64,000 bases of DNA from Dipteris shenzhenensis (lineage: Eukaryota): NCBI GenBank assembly GCA_047967505.1, contig CM106538.1; one strand, 5' to 3'. A program made the translations under genes and the position numbers. The notes below the pieces were generated by a model. The model worked only from the letters and a program-made list of their open reading frames with translations, searched no databases and was not told the origin of the DNA. This document shows positions 13,601 to 25,600 of this stretch, piece by piece; the stretch's first letter is position 1, and each line of letters opens with the position of its first letter.

Positions 13601-16600
13601 CAGAATGCTCCAAATTCTAAAGCCAAACAATGGCTATCTGCAGATAGTGCCTGCCAAAAAACAACTGCTCGAGTACCTGCAAGAATATAACCTGCACAAA
13701 AGTGTGGATGCCAACCAAAAGTACAAGGGCCTGTAAAATGTACGAAAATCCGTACGTGTACGGATTTGCAAAAACTTGTACGGATGGTAGCTGTACGGAA
13801 TACAGACAACCAGCGCAATCAGGTACAAATGTCTGTGTACGGACGTACGGCACAGTGTACGACAATAGTACGGCACATGGCAACTGGCAATACGAATACT
13901 AATAGCGACGATGTACGGACGCTGTACGGGCTGGCGCATATGTACGGAGTGCTGGCGGGCTAGTCGATGGTACGGACACTGTACCGAATGTACGGAAGCA
14001 TACGCAGATGTACAGATAGCAGGAGCTCCATGAGCTTGTACGTCTGTACGATAGTACGGACGAAAGGTGCGGCTCGGGTACGAGCTGTACGGAATCAGTC
14101 CGTACAACTTGTACGGACGGGAGCTTGCGAGCTAAGAAGCAGAGAGTAGGATCTCACTCTGATACCAAATGTTACAAAAAGAGAGAGTGAGAGAGCAAGA
14201 AGCAAGAGAGCTGAGCGTAGTGCTTGCAATAGACTTGCAATAGAAGAAGTGACTAATACAAGAAGTGGGATGGGTTTTGTCTAAGTGACAAAACCTTATC
14301 CTTCACTAACCGTAGTTAGTAAACTAACTGTGGTTAGGGGAAAAAACCTCTAAATGAGGGAAAAGTGCCCCTAACCTACTTATTACATTACATTGGTCAC
14401 TGCTGAATTATAATAATAATTCTAACAATTTAGTGGCTCGGAAGCTATGGAAGTTGACCACGGGAGTGGAGGCGAAGACACAAGACATGGCGGACAAGCA
14501 AGGGGAGATAGTCATGGCAGTAAACTGAGAGGAGCTCGAAGCTTGGAAGACAGAGATGCCCATGCCTTGGTATTAATCATAGGGACTACAGCGGACTCTG
14601 TTCTTCCACATATCCAGATGGTCGAGACGTCAATAGAGGCGTGGATCACTCTGAAGGATCTATACGAGATGGACAACACGTGCGGAAGCGGAACCAGACC
14701 TGGTGGAGCAGGAGCCACTGGATGAAAAGCCAAGAAAAGATTTTGACACCGAAATGTTCCAGAGGACTACAACCATGGAGTTATTGGAGCATCGTCATCG
14801 ACGTGTTGGCATTGGGCCGAGATGTGTCGGTGAGAGGGGGTGTTGGAAAGGTCACCTCCCCATCTGTAAGCCCCCAAATGAGGAGAGCATGGGGGAGGGA
14901 GACCTAGGGGAAGGTATGCCCAGAGAAAGGGGACAGCCACTATACGGATCAGTACGGGCTGCTGCAGGGCAGTATACGGAAGGTGTGCAGGGTGCGCCAC
15001 GGTCCGGACAAGGGCTGAACAGAGGCGGAACAGTAGCAGCATGGAGTCGCACTGTTGCAGCAGGTATGGGCAGGTCTATGGCCTGCAAGTAGGGCTGGCA
15101 GGTGGTGGGGTAAGCAATCCAAAGGGGCTGGGCCCTGCATGGAACAAAGGACCAGCAAAGGGCCCTAATTAGGGCTGGATAGGCAGCCAACCAGCCAACC
15201 AATTGGTCGGTTGGTTAGGGCTGCTACAGACCAGCCAGTCAGCCCAATTAGGGCTGGCTGATCAGTTGGTTCTGGAGGGCCTTGTGCCCTATATAAGGAG
15301 GGCCTTTGTGCCCTCATAACTCATTCTCTGGAGCAACCAACCACCAGCAGATTGAAGCAGCAGGACCTTCCTTGGGCTTACATCCAGGAGGTGAAGGAGG
15401 CACATAGAAGCTGCAGACAAAGCTCAGAAAGGGCTGCCTACCTAGGCTGATGAAACCGGCCTCTAATCACTCAGAGGGCAGTGGAACTAAACCTTTAATC
15501 ACTTCAGCACTTATTTACAGCTCACAAAGCATATATCACAACCATTAACCATTGCATGATCACCATTTGGCATTTACCCATTTGTTCACAAACAAAACCA
15601 CTGAAAAAGGGATGGAGGCTAGAATGCCCCTGCTCAACAGACATAGACAAGTGCACCCGATTGGCCCCAAACACCGTGGCGCCCCTTTCGGTATTTCTTT
15701 ATATTTCACAGTGAAATGATTACAAGTTGCATCTGGGAGACCTTCCCTGCAACTGAGCACGCAGCCCCAATTCACTAAGCCTTCGCAAGGCTTTCAAGCA
15801 TATAACACCATCACATAAGTGCACTTAACCCGTAGGCTCAACCCAAAGGCATTCTCTTTTCCGAGTGCAATTCCATTGGCTGTCCAGATGCAATCACACT
15901 ACACCCCAGCTGCACTCTCCTTGAGTGGTTTCCAGATGGCATTCACAAAGCTTTTCAAAGCTCCGAAATAAAATCAGCAAAGTACCCAACCAAAGAATGA
16001 CTCATGTAGCACTGCCTGGGCACCTGTGAGCCAAGAAAGAGGCGGCACACGAGGCCAACCAATAGCTTATGGCAAAAAGAAATTGCAGTAGCAAAATCAC
16101 AACTCACCAAGCCCTGAAGACTCGAACCAAGTCCTCAATCGCCAAGAGGACATAGTAGCCAATGCCCAATTGCATTCTCAGCCAAAGAGGAGTGCAAAGG
16201 CATGAAGAAAGAGCATTTACAAGAGCCGACCAGCAAGAATTCCACTGAAAAATGCGAAAAGAAACACTTCTGTCGCGAAGAAGTGGGAGTTCTTGGGCTC
16301 AAAAGAAGCGTGCTTCAGAGAGGAATGCATTGAGAAGGTTTTGGAGAAGTTTCATCGCCGGAAAGTCCTCCAAAACTGAGAAAAACCAGTCAACCAGCAC
16401 GTCGGACCACTCGAAATTCAACAGAAAGCTGTAGCTTTGCAAGAGGAGAGGCCCAGGAGGCGGTAGAAGCAAAAAGGTCCAGAAAAAGCCACTTTTGCAA
16501 ATTCGTCCAGCAAAAGAAGTGCTCAGCTCTGCCCGTTCTACCAAACGCACGGAGGGAAAAGCATATCACTACGAAGGGGAGGCAGAGGGGAAGCCATCGG

Positions 16601-19600
16601 GCCAAACGGAAGTTGAGGAATCCAAACGGGTGAGGAGTTATGAAGAAAAACGGAATTCAGCTGAAGGAGGCTGAAAAACCAGTCCAAAATCTCAACAAAG
16701 GGAGAAGATGAGAGAGAAAACCACACATGTGAAGTTTAGAAGGCCCAGGAAGGTCCAGGAATGGCAAAGGAGCATGTAGAAGGCACTAGAGCCACCTGGA
16801 ACTCTAGGGGGGCCACTGAAGGTACATGGCCCTCTAGGGGGCCCATTAAAAATGCCACGTCATCATTTCCCAACAACCACTCTTTTAATTCCTTGGAATG
16901 CCTTTGGGCCTAGGGATTAATTACGCTTATGTGCTAGGCACCATGCCGCGTTTAATTACACATTATTAAGCCCACGCTTGGACATAAAAACCAAAGTTGT
17001 CACGGTCTTGTAGTACATTAAAGTACCTAGAATTTCACGCCCCCGTGACATACCCCTCTCTTGAAACAGCAAACCACAGTTTGCTGCCCCAAAACACAGG
17101 AGCGAGCATGAAATATAGCATAAAAGAGTATACAAGAAAGCCGCAGCTATAGTATACAGAGACAGTGAAAATATGGCTAGGAGAGGCATGCATCCATCCA
17201 TATATACTGCTCAAAATCTATGTGATCCTCGGCGATCAATAGTCAAGATGCATCAATATCATGAAGTCTCACAGCAGAAATACTGTCAGCTCAGTATCTC
17301 GGATGAAACATACAGTGTCATCAAGCGACCTCATGAAATCACGGTGAGCCCGTCTGTACTGAGGGAGTGGAGGTGCTACCCCCCTCTCGAACATCAGGTA
17401 ATGCTCCAGACGCTCGCTCTGCTGAACTACCTGTAGGAGCCCGGACCGCAGTCGGCTCTAATTGGAAAGCATCAAGGTAAAGCTGCAATATCCCAGGTGA
17501 ATCTGCCAGTTCACCTTCCTCCATCCATTTCGCATCAAGTGATGGGTAATTTTGAAATTTTACCAAGTAGCGACGGATAACTTTACCCTTGAGCTTTCTA
17601 TCTCTGTGTGCCAGAATCTGCTCTGGGACCAGAAGTTCATCCTGTTCTTCCACTTCAGGCTGCACCTCATCAGGTACATCCTCGGGAATATCTCCATGAT
17701 ATTGCTTTAATAAGCTCACATGAAAGGCATTATGTATCTTCCAATGCGGAGGCAACTTCAGCCTGTAAGCTACCTCGTTTATCTTTTCAGAAACCTGGAA
17801 AGGACCATAGTAACGCATGTTCAGCTTTGTGTACAACCTTTCCTTGCCTTTCTTATTTTTCAGCCTTGCCTTCTGAAAACGCAGCAAAACCCAATCACCT
17901 TCTGTGAATACCAATTCCCTGCGGTGCTTATCTGCTGCTCTTTTCTGCTTGTCTTGACTTCTTTGCAAGGCATATTTGATCTTCTTGTAAGCCTCTTCAA
18001 GGCTTTCCACAAAACGATCAGCTTCGAAGATTTTCTCTTTTGTATGCAAAATGGGAGGTATCTTCCTGGCACCTTCCACTATTTCAAAAGGTGCTTTACC
18101 TGTGGATGTGTGCACCGTATTATTGTAAGCATATTCCAGCAAAGGCAAATAATGCTCCCATTTGCTTTTGTGGTCTGAGACATAGCATTTAAACATATCC
18201 AAGATGGTAGAGTTTTCCTGCTCCGATTGTCCATCAGACTGAGGGTGAAAAGATGACGAAAAATTCAGCGTAGTGCCCATATTTTCAAACAGTCCTCTCC
18301 AAAAGAGGCTGGTCATCCTCGGATCTCTATCACTGATTATGGATTCAGGCATCCCATGATACTTGAAGACATGCTGCAAAAACAATCTGGCCATTTGATC
18401 TGCTGTAATTTTCTTTCTTACTGGCACAAAGTGGGCTTGTTTGCTAAACCTGCAAATTATTGTCCACAATCCATCATGTCCAGTAGGAGTACGTGGAAGA
18501 TCAAACACAAAATCCATAGCTATGCTTTGCCATGGTCTATCAGGAATTGGCAAAGGGTGTAACAACCCAGGTGCCTTCTGCCTGTCAAACTTTACTTTCT
18601 GACAAACCATGCATGTTCTCACATAATCTTCCACATCTTTCCTCAAAGATGGCCAATAAAAGTATTGCTCCACTGCTGTAATTGTTGCTGTAATTCCCCT
18701 ATGTCCTGCATATGGAGGAGCATGACTTTCCATTATGACTTTCTGTCGCATCTGATCAGTGACACAGAGTCGTCCATGCATCAAAATGAAACCCTCTTTC
18801 AACATATAGTGATCATGCCTTTGACCATCAGAAAGCTGATCATAAATAGTTGAAAAATCAGCATCATTAACATACTGATCTTTCATCACATCTAACACAT
18901 TGTTGTAAGCAATGCTCACTGCTGAAACACTGGGTTTCTTGGAGACTGCTTCAGGCTGTGGTTTCCTGGAAAGTGCATCAGCCACGACATTTTTGTTACC
19001 CGGTACATGTACAATTTGAAAATGAAACATTGAGAGGAAGTTAGCCCATCTCATGTGCTTTTCAGATAATTTTCTCTGCGTGAGAAAATATCTAAGTGAC
19101 TGATGATCTGTTTGCACATAAAAATCAGCTCCAAGAAGGTAATGTTTCCATGTGGTCAAAGCATGTATCACTGCTAACATTTCCTTCTCGTATGTCTGCA
19201 AGTACAATTCAGCATCTTTGAGAACTCTACTCTCATATGCAACCACTCTGCCATCCTGCATCAAAGTGCCTCCTATGCTGTTTCCACATGCATCACAAGT
19301 TACAGCAAAGGGTTTTGCAAGATCTGGCAAGATAATAACGGGTTCAGAACACAATTTTTGCTTCAGCTCTTCAAAAGCTGCATTTTCCTTTGGTCCCCAC
19401 CGAAACGGTACAGCTTTCTTTTGTAAAGCATGCAAGGGAGAAGCAATTTCTGCAAAGTACTTTATAAACCTCCGATAGTATGAACACAACCCAAGAAAGC
19501 TTCTGACTTCATGCAGATTTTTCAAAATTGGCCAACTCCTTATGGCCTCAACTTTTGCAGGATCCATCTTGACTCCATCCTTTGACACTATATGACCGAG

Positions 19601-22600
19601 AAAATGAATCTCATGCATAAAGAATTCACTTTTCTTGGTGTTTATTAATAGCTTGTGTCTTTTCAACTCTTGAAACACAATAGTGAGGTGTTTCCTGTGC
19701 TCCTGCTCATTTTTAGAGAACACAATGATGTCATCAAAGAAAGTGCCCACAAACTTTTCTGTGTGCTCTAAAAATTCTGTCCATCATTCTATTGAAAGTG
19801 GCAGGTGCATTAGTCAAACCAAAAGGCATCACAAGGAACTCATATAAGCCAAATGAAGTGCGGAAGGCAGTCTTGTAGACATCTTCAGGCCGTATCCTTA
19901 TCTGATGGTATCCACTTTTAAGGTCAATACGACTGAACATTGAGGAACCTTCCAACCGATCCAATATATCATCAATGCGTGGAATTGGAAAACGGTTCTT
20001 AATTGTGACTTTATTCAAAGCCCTATAATCAATACACATTCTCCAACTGCCATCCTTCTTTTGCACAAGCAACACAGGGGAACAGTAAGGAGAATTACTT
20101 GGCTGTATTAATTCCTTTTCCAAGAGTTCCTTCACTTGTGACATTATCTCTTCCTGTTGTGCCTTACTGACACGATAGGGAGGTATATTAGGCGGTGAGC
20201 TTCCTGGAATTATATCAATTTGATGATCCTCGGGCCTCTTGGGAGGTAATTCTTGAGGAAGTGCATCTGAGAAACAATCCTGAAAATCTGAAATAAAAGC
20301 AGCCCTTTCTCTATCTAAAGCAGAAAGAGTAGAGCCCTCCTGAACTGGTTGGCTGTCCTCTTTGACAAAAATCAAGTACGCTGAAATATGACGCTTTATT
20401 ACATTGGAAATACAAGAAGCTGAAACTACAGGGATGGACTCCCCTTTCAACTTTACATCAAGTACATGATTTTTGCCTCTATGAGTTAAAGAAATCTTCT
20501 TGTTTCTCATCTGCACATCAGCCCCCACCCTGTACATCCAAGGCATCCCAAGCAAAGCATCACACTCTGGCAAAGGCATAATGTAGAAGTCCTCTGCATC
20601 CTGATATCCCTGGATATGCATCCTCAACTTGCCAATGATAGGAGTGACAGGTGTGTTGAGTTCAGGGTTGGCCATATCACACATGCCGGATGGCCCCATT
20701 TCCTCAGGCTCGATGCCAAGCCTTCCTGCCATATCAGGAGTTATGAAATTTGCCTTTGCCCCAGAATCAAAGAAAAACAAACAATTCTGATTTCTGATTT
20801 TTCCCCATGCTCTGCACATCTCAGTCTTTTTCATTTCCTCTTCATCATGTGCATGTGGCAAACTCCCAATCACATCTGGAAGAAGTCCTGCAGAAGGTTT
20901 AGGCTTTTTGCCCTTCCGATCAGCCTGTTTATCACCATTCTTATCATCATCTGACCTGTCTCTTTTCTTGAATGGGCAATCATAAGAGCGGTGTCCCTCT
21001 TCTTTGCATATAAAACATTTGTTTTGCTCCATGAGTGACTTTTTCTCTTCATCAGATAACTTGGTACGGGGCTGTTTATTAGGCTGTCCACGCCTTTGAC
21101 CAGCTTTGAATTGGGCTTTTCCTCCCTTTTGAAACGGTCGTTTGCCATAATTTTTATTTTCAGATTTGATGTCCTTATCCTGGTGTTTGGCAGCCCGTTT
21201 GTTGTCTTCTTTCTTGCTGTCCATAAAGCCCAAATTCTTCTCCTGCATCCATGCATATGCTGTCCTTGCATTCTCAATTAATTGAGTCATAGAACCCACC
21301 TTGGTTTTGATGCAATAATCACGTAGCTCACTAGGCAATCCACAACAGTACCTCTCTATTTGCTCTTTCAAAGAAACATGCCTGTAAGAGCTCAATGGCA
21401 GCAAAACATCCCAAAACCTCTGGGTGTAATCATCAAGATTCTTGCAAAGTTTGTATGACAAGTCATGCCAGTGTGAAAGTACTTCAACTTCAAAAGTTGG
21501 AGTAAGCCAAGTAGAAGAGAACACTTGCTTAAATTCCAGCCAAGTAGCAGGCGCATCTCCATGAAGCATAAGGTTAGTGTACCACTTAAGTGCATTGCCT
21601 TTCAAAAATGTGGCAACCTTCCTCATCTTGGATGCTTCTGTAAACAAACCCCCAAGAAATGCAGCATCAAACTGTTGAAGGAATGTGAGGGCTTTGTACC
21701 TGTCCTGTACTCCATTATATGTATCAAACTTGACATGAGAACCACCATCCTTAAATTCTTTATATACATTTGATATTGGCTGTCCCAAAGATGGCTGTAT
21801 ATTTGCAGCATTCCCTTGACTAGGGAGAGCCATGCTTGGCTGAACATTAGGCATGGGAGCATATGCTGTGGCTTGCATGCCTGGCTGCATTCCCACATTG
21901 TCATACATGGCTTGTTTTCTATGCCCAATTGGCGGTGAAATCAACATAGCATCAAAAATAGAATCTGTACCAAAATATTCAGGTTGCTGCCTCAAATATG
22001 GCTGAGGTGGTTGAGCCACATTTATGGACTGCACATTATTATTTTGAGGAGTAGAAATACCCAAACCAAGGCCTTGTGCTGGCTGCTCATACTGTTGCAC
22101 TGGATGTACTTTTTGTACCTCTTTCTCAAGTGCTCTTTTGGGCGATTCCTCTCTCTTGGAAGTCACTTTCTGAGTCATTTTTGATGGCTGTCCCTCATGG
22201 GAAACCGATGCATGTGTGTACTCACTCTTTCCGTGCTTGTGCTTTCTTGGTTTCTTCTTCTTCTTGGCATTTGTTTGCACAATCTGAGCCAAATTTTGAG
22301 CCAGCTGAGTCAAAGCAGTCACTGCACTTGCAAGCTGTGCATTCAACATAGTAGCATCATCTGACTCACTGCTAGAACTAGTATCACCGTTGAGCTCAGT
22401 TGTAGCTTCATGTGTGGCCTGCTCAAAAGGCATTTGTTGTGCTTCCTGCAGCTGTACACTAGCTGGATCATTAAGGCTTTCCTGCCTTCTCCTTTGAGGA
22501 GTTGTGGAGCTCTCTTGCTCATGGGTACTCACCATGTTCATGGTTGTAATATTCAGCTGTCAAAAAGTGCAGCAAAGATATCCTTCCACCAAACTACCAA

Positions 22601-25600
22601 GGCCCACCTCTTGAGAAAGAGTGTGTGGTGTCCCGGCAACGGAACCAATGAAACCGGCCTCTAATCACTCAGAGGGCAATGGAACTAAACCTTTAATCAC
22701 TTCAGCACTTATTTACAGCTCACAAAGCATATATCACAACCATTAACCATTGCATGATCACCATTTGGCATTTACCCATTTGTTCACAAACAAAACCACT
22801 GAAAAAGGGATGGAGGCTAGAATGCCCCTGCTCAACAGACATAGACAAGTGCACCCGATTGGCCCCAAACACCGTGGCGCCCCTTTCGGTATTTCTTTAT
22901 ATTTCACAGTGAAATGATTACAAGTTGCATCTGGGAGACCTTCCCTGCAACTGAGCACGCAGCCCCAATTCACTAAGCCTTCGCAAGGCTTTCAAGCATA
23001 TAACACCATCACATAAGTGCACTTAACCCGTAGGCTCAACCCAAAGGCATTCTCTTTTCCGAGTGCAATTCCATTGGCTGTCCAGATGCAATCACACTAC
23101 ACCCCAGCTGCACTCTCCTTGAGTGGTTTCCAGATGGCATTCACAAAGCTTTTCAAAGCTCCGAAATAAAATCAGCAAAGTACCCAACCAAAGAATGACT
23201 CATGTAGCACTGCCTGGGCACCTGTGAGCCAAGAAAGAGGCGGCACACGAGGCCAACCAATAGCTTATGGCAAAAAGAAATTGCAGTAGCAAAATCACAA
23301 CTCACCAAGCCCTGAAGACTCGAACCAAGTCCTCAATCGCCAAGAGGACATAGTAGCCAATGCCCAATTGCATTCTCAGCCAAAGAGGAGTGCAAAGGCA
23401 TGAAGAAAGAGCATTTACAAGAGCCGACCAGCAAGAATTCCACTGAAAAATGCGAAAAGAAACACTTCTGTCGCGAAGAAGTGGGAGTTCTTGGGCTCAA
23501 AAGAAGCGTGCTTCAGAGAGGAATGCATTGAGAAGGTTTTGGAGAAGTTTCATCGCCGGAAAGTCCTCCAAAACTGAGAAAAACCAGTCAACCAGCACGT
23601 CGGACCACTCGAAATTCAACAGAAAGCTGTAGCTTTGCAAGAGGAGAGGCCCAGGAGGCGGTAGAAGCAAAAAGGTCCAGAAAAAGCCACTTTTGCAAAT
23701 TCGTCCAGCAAAAGAAGTGCTCAGCTCTGCCCGTTCTACCAAACGCACGGAGGGAAAAGCATATCACTACGAAGGGGAGGCAGAGGGGAAGCCATCGGGC
23801 CAAACGGAAGTTGAGGAATCCAAACGGGTGAGGAGTTATGAAGAAAAACGGAATTCAGCTGAAGGAGGCTGAAAAACCAGTCCAAAATCTCAACAAAGGG
23901 AGAAGATGAGAGAGAAAACCACACATGTGAAGTTTAGAAGGCCCAGGAAGGTCCAGGAATGGCAAAGGAGCATGTAGAAGGCACTAGAGCCACCTGGAAC
24001 TCTAGGGGGGCCACTGAAGGTACATGGCCCTCTAGGGGGCCCATTAAAAATGCCACGTCATCATTTCCCAACAACCACTCTTTTAATTCCTTGGAATGCC
24101 TTTGGGCCTAGGGATTAATTACGCTTATGTGCTAGGCACCATGCCGCGTTTAATTACACATTATTAAGCCCACGCTTGGACATAAAAACCAAAGTTGTCA
24201 CGGTCTTGTAGTACATTAAAGTACCTAGAATTTCACGCCCCCGTGACAGCTGATCTATAGGCAGAGTAAGGGAGAGAGAACCATTCTGGATGGAAAGTCT
24301 ACAAACGCTCGAGGTGGAGCATGCGGGCTCGAGTCTAGAGATAATTGGCAGATACGAGAAGGACCTTGTGGTAAGATCACAGGACTACACCATTGGTGGG
24401 ACTCTGGATCTATCTCTTTTGTATTGTGTCCATAGCTTTGGACGGAAATATATTATTTTGGTGGTTTCTCTATCTGGCTGATTCATTGTCTATTGATGAG
24501 TCTGCACATCTATTTTATGCACATAAGTTAAGAAGTTTGTGATTCCACACCCCACACCACACTGTGTGAGCTCCTGGGCATTACTATCAGTCTTCCACTG
24601 TGCGTACCCTCTGTTGGGTGATTTCTAACAGCCATTTAGCAGGACATCATTTTCACCTTGCGTGCCACTTGGGAGCGTGGAACTCCAAGATTGAGAGCGA
24701 CCGCCGAAAGGCGGGAGTGTTTCTACAAGGCCTCGCCTACGGGAATCTTTTACACCCTTTCCGTGAGGGGTATGCACTAGATGTATAGACCACCACCCTG
24801 GTTGCCAACTCCTATTTCGAACCTCTCTAGGTAGTGAGCTAGGAGATCCAAAAACAGGTTGGTTTTCCGCTAGCTAGCAACCATCTCCTTTTATTGAGTA
24901 CTTACCATCCTCAGCTCCTTTCAGAAGCTGTTTTGTACGGTGTTTTAAAGCATCAATAGAATTTTCTTTCCTCTAGGGAAAAAATAATCAGCATCCATAT
25001 GACCCTGAAACCCAGCGCCAAACCATGAAATCCTTCCTTGTGTCAACAATACTTGCAAAGCACCTAGATGACTCCAAGCACTCATTGTAGTCCTTCACCT
25101 TCACAAAAGTTTCCGAGTCCTTGATTGCCCACATCTCAATATCAAGCATCCTTACTGTGACTTTTGGATCTGCATGTCTGATCTCAATAACACTCGAAAA
25201 TGTCACAAAGAAAAATTATCCACTGAGTGCCACATTAGCAGTGTCTGACTCCCCTCAATCTGAACTGGACCCCTTCTTGTTCTTTTGATCTACCTTTTTC
25301 TTTTTGCAATCCTTCACAAAATAGCCTAGCCGATCACAATAGAAACACACATTTCTTCTAGTGCTTCCTTTTTTTCTTGGTTTCTTAAGTGTCCTCATAG
25401 TCATCCTTTTTGAGCTTGCCACCGCTAGGCTTACTCTTCTGCTTGCCGACATTATCTTTGGCCAGCAACGCCTTGTCATCACTCTTGTCCCGAGCCTCCT
25501 TTCGCAATAAAGGACCCAGTTCTCTCTTGTTGTCACAGCCATAACAAACCCCTTGAAACTCTGTGGTAGCATCCCAAGAACTGGCAAGGCCAACTGGCTT

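Larger units (their letters stand above)
9124..14427 (-). mobile_element. Element B: Ty1/Copia LTR retrotransposon, degenerate
   Basis: TSD ATTTA; LTRs 14170-14427 (5') and 9124-9370 (3'), about 12 substitutions plus an 11-bp indel; PBS TGGTATCAGAG 14167-14157; G-run PPT at 9371-9376; domain order gag-PR-INT-RT-RH. Confidence 0.95.
15451..24248 (-). mobile_element. Element C: near-intact, very recent Ty3/gypsy chromovirus
   Basis: TSD GCTGA; 1600-bp LTRs 15451-17050 and 22649-24248 with only one difference seen (15481 G / 22679 A); PPT AAGAGAGGGGTA next to 17051; PBS at 22647-22630. Confidence 0.97.
7854..24630 (+). mobile_element. Element A: internally deleted Ty1/Copia (gag-only, ~2.7 kb without nested inserts), host of B and C
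   Basis: TSD GCCAT (7849-7853 / 24631-24635); 5' LTR 7854-8839; PBS TGGTATCAGAGC at 8840; gag start [18 protein letters not shown] continuing after B; PPT TGAGAGGGGG 14831-14840; 3' LTR 14841-24630 split by C; about 4% LTR divergence by eye. Confidence 0.93.

Noticed and set aside
15560-16726. Several short ORFs repeated at 22758-23924
   Set aside because: They lie in the near-identical LTRs of C and have no recognisable domains
19725-19745. FFDD instead of YxDD at the RT active site
   Set aside because: FFDD is a common variant in plant chromoviruses, not a novelty
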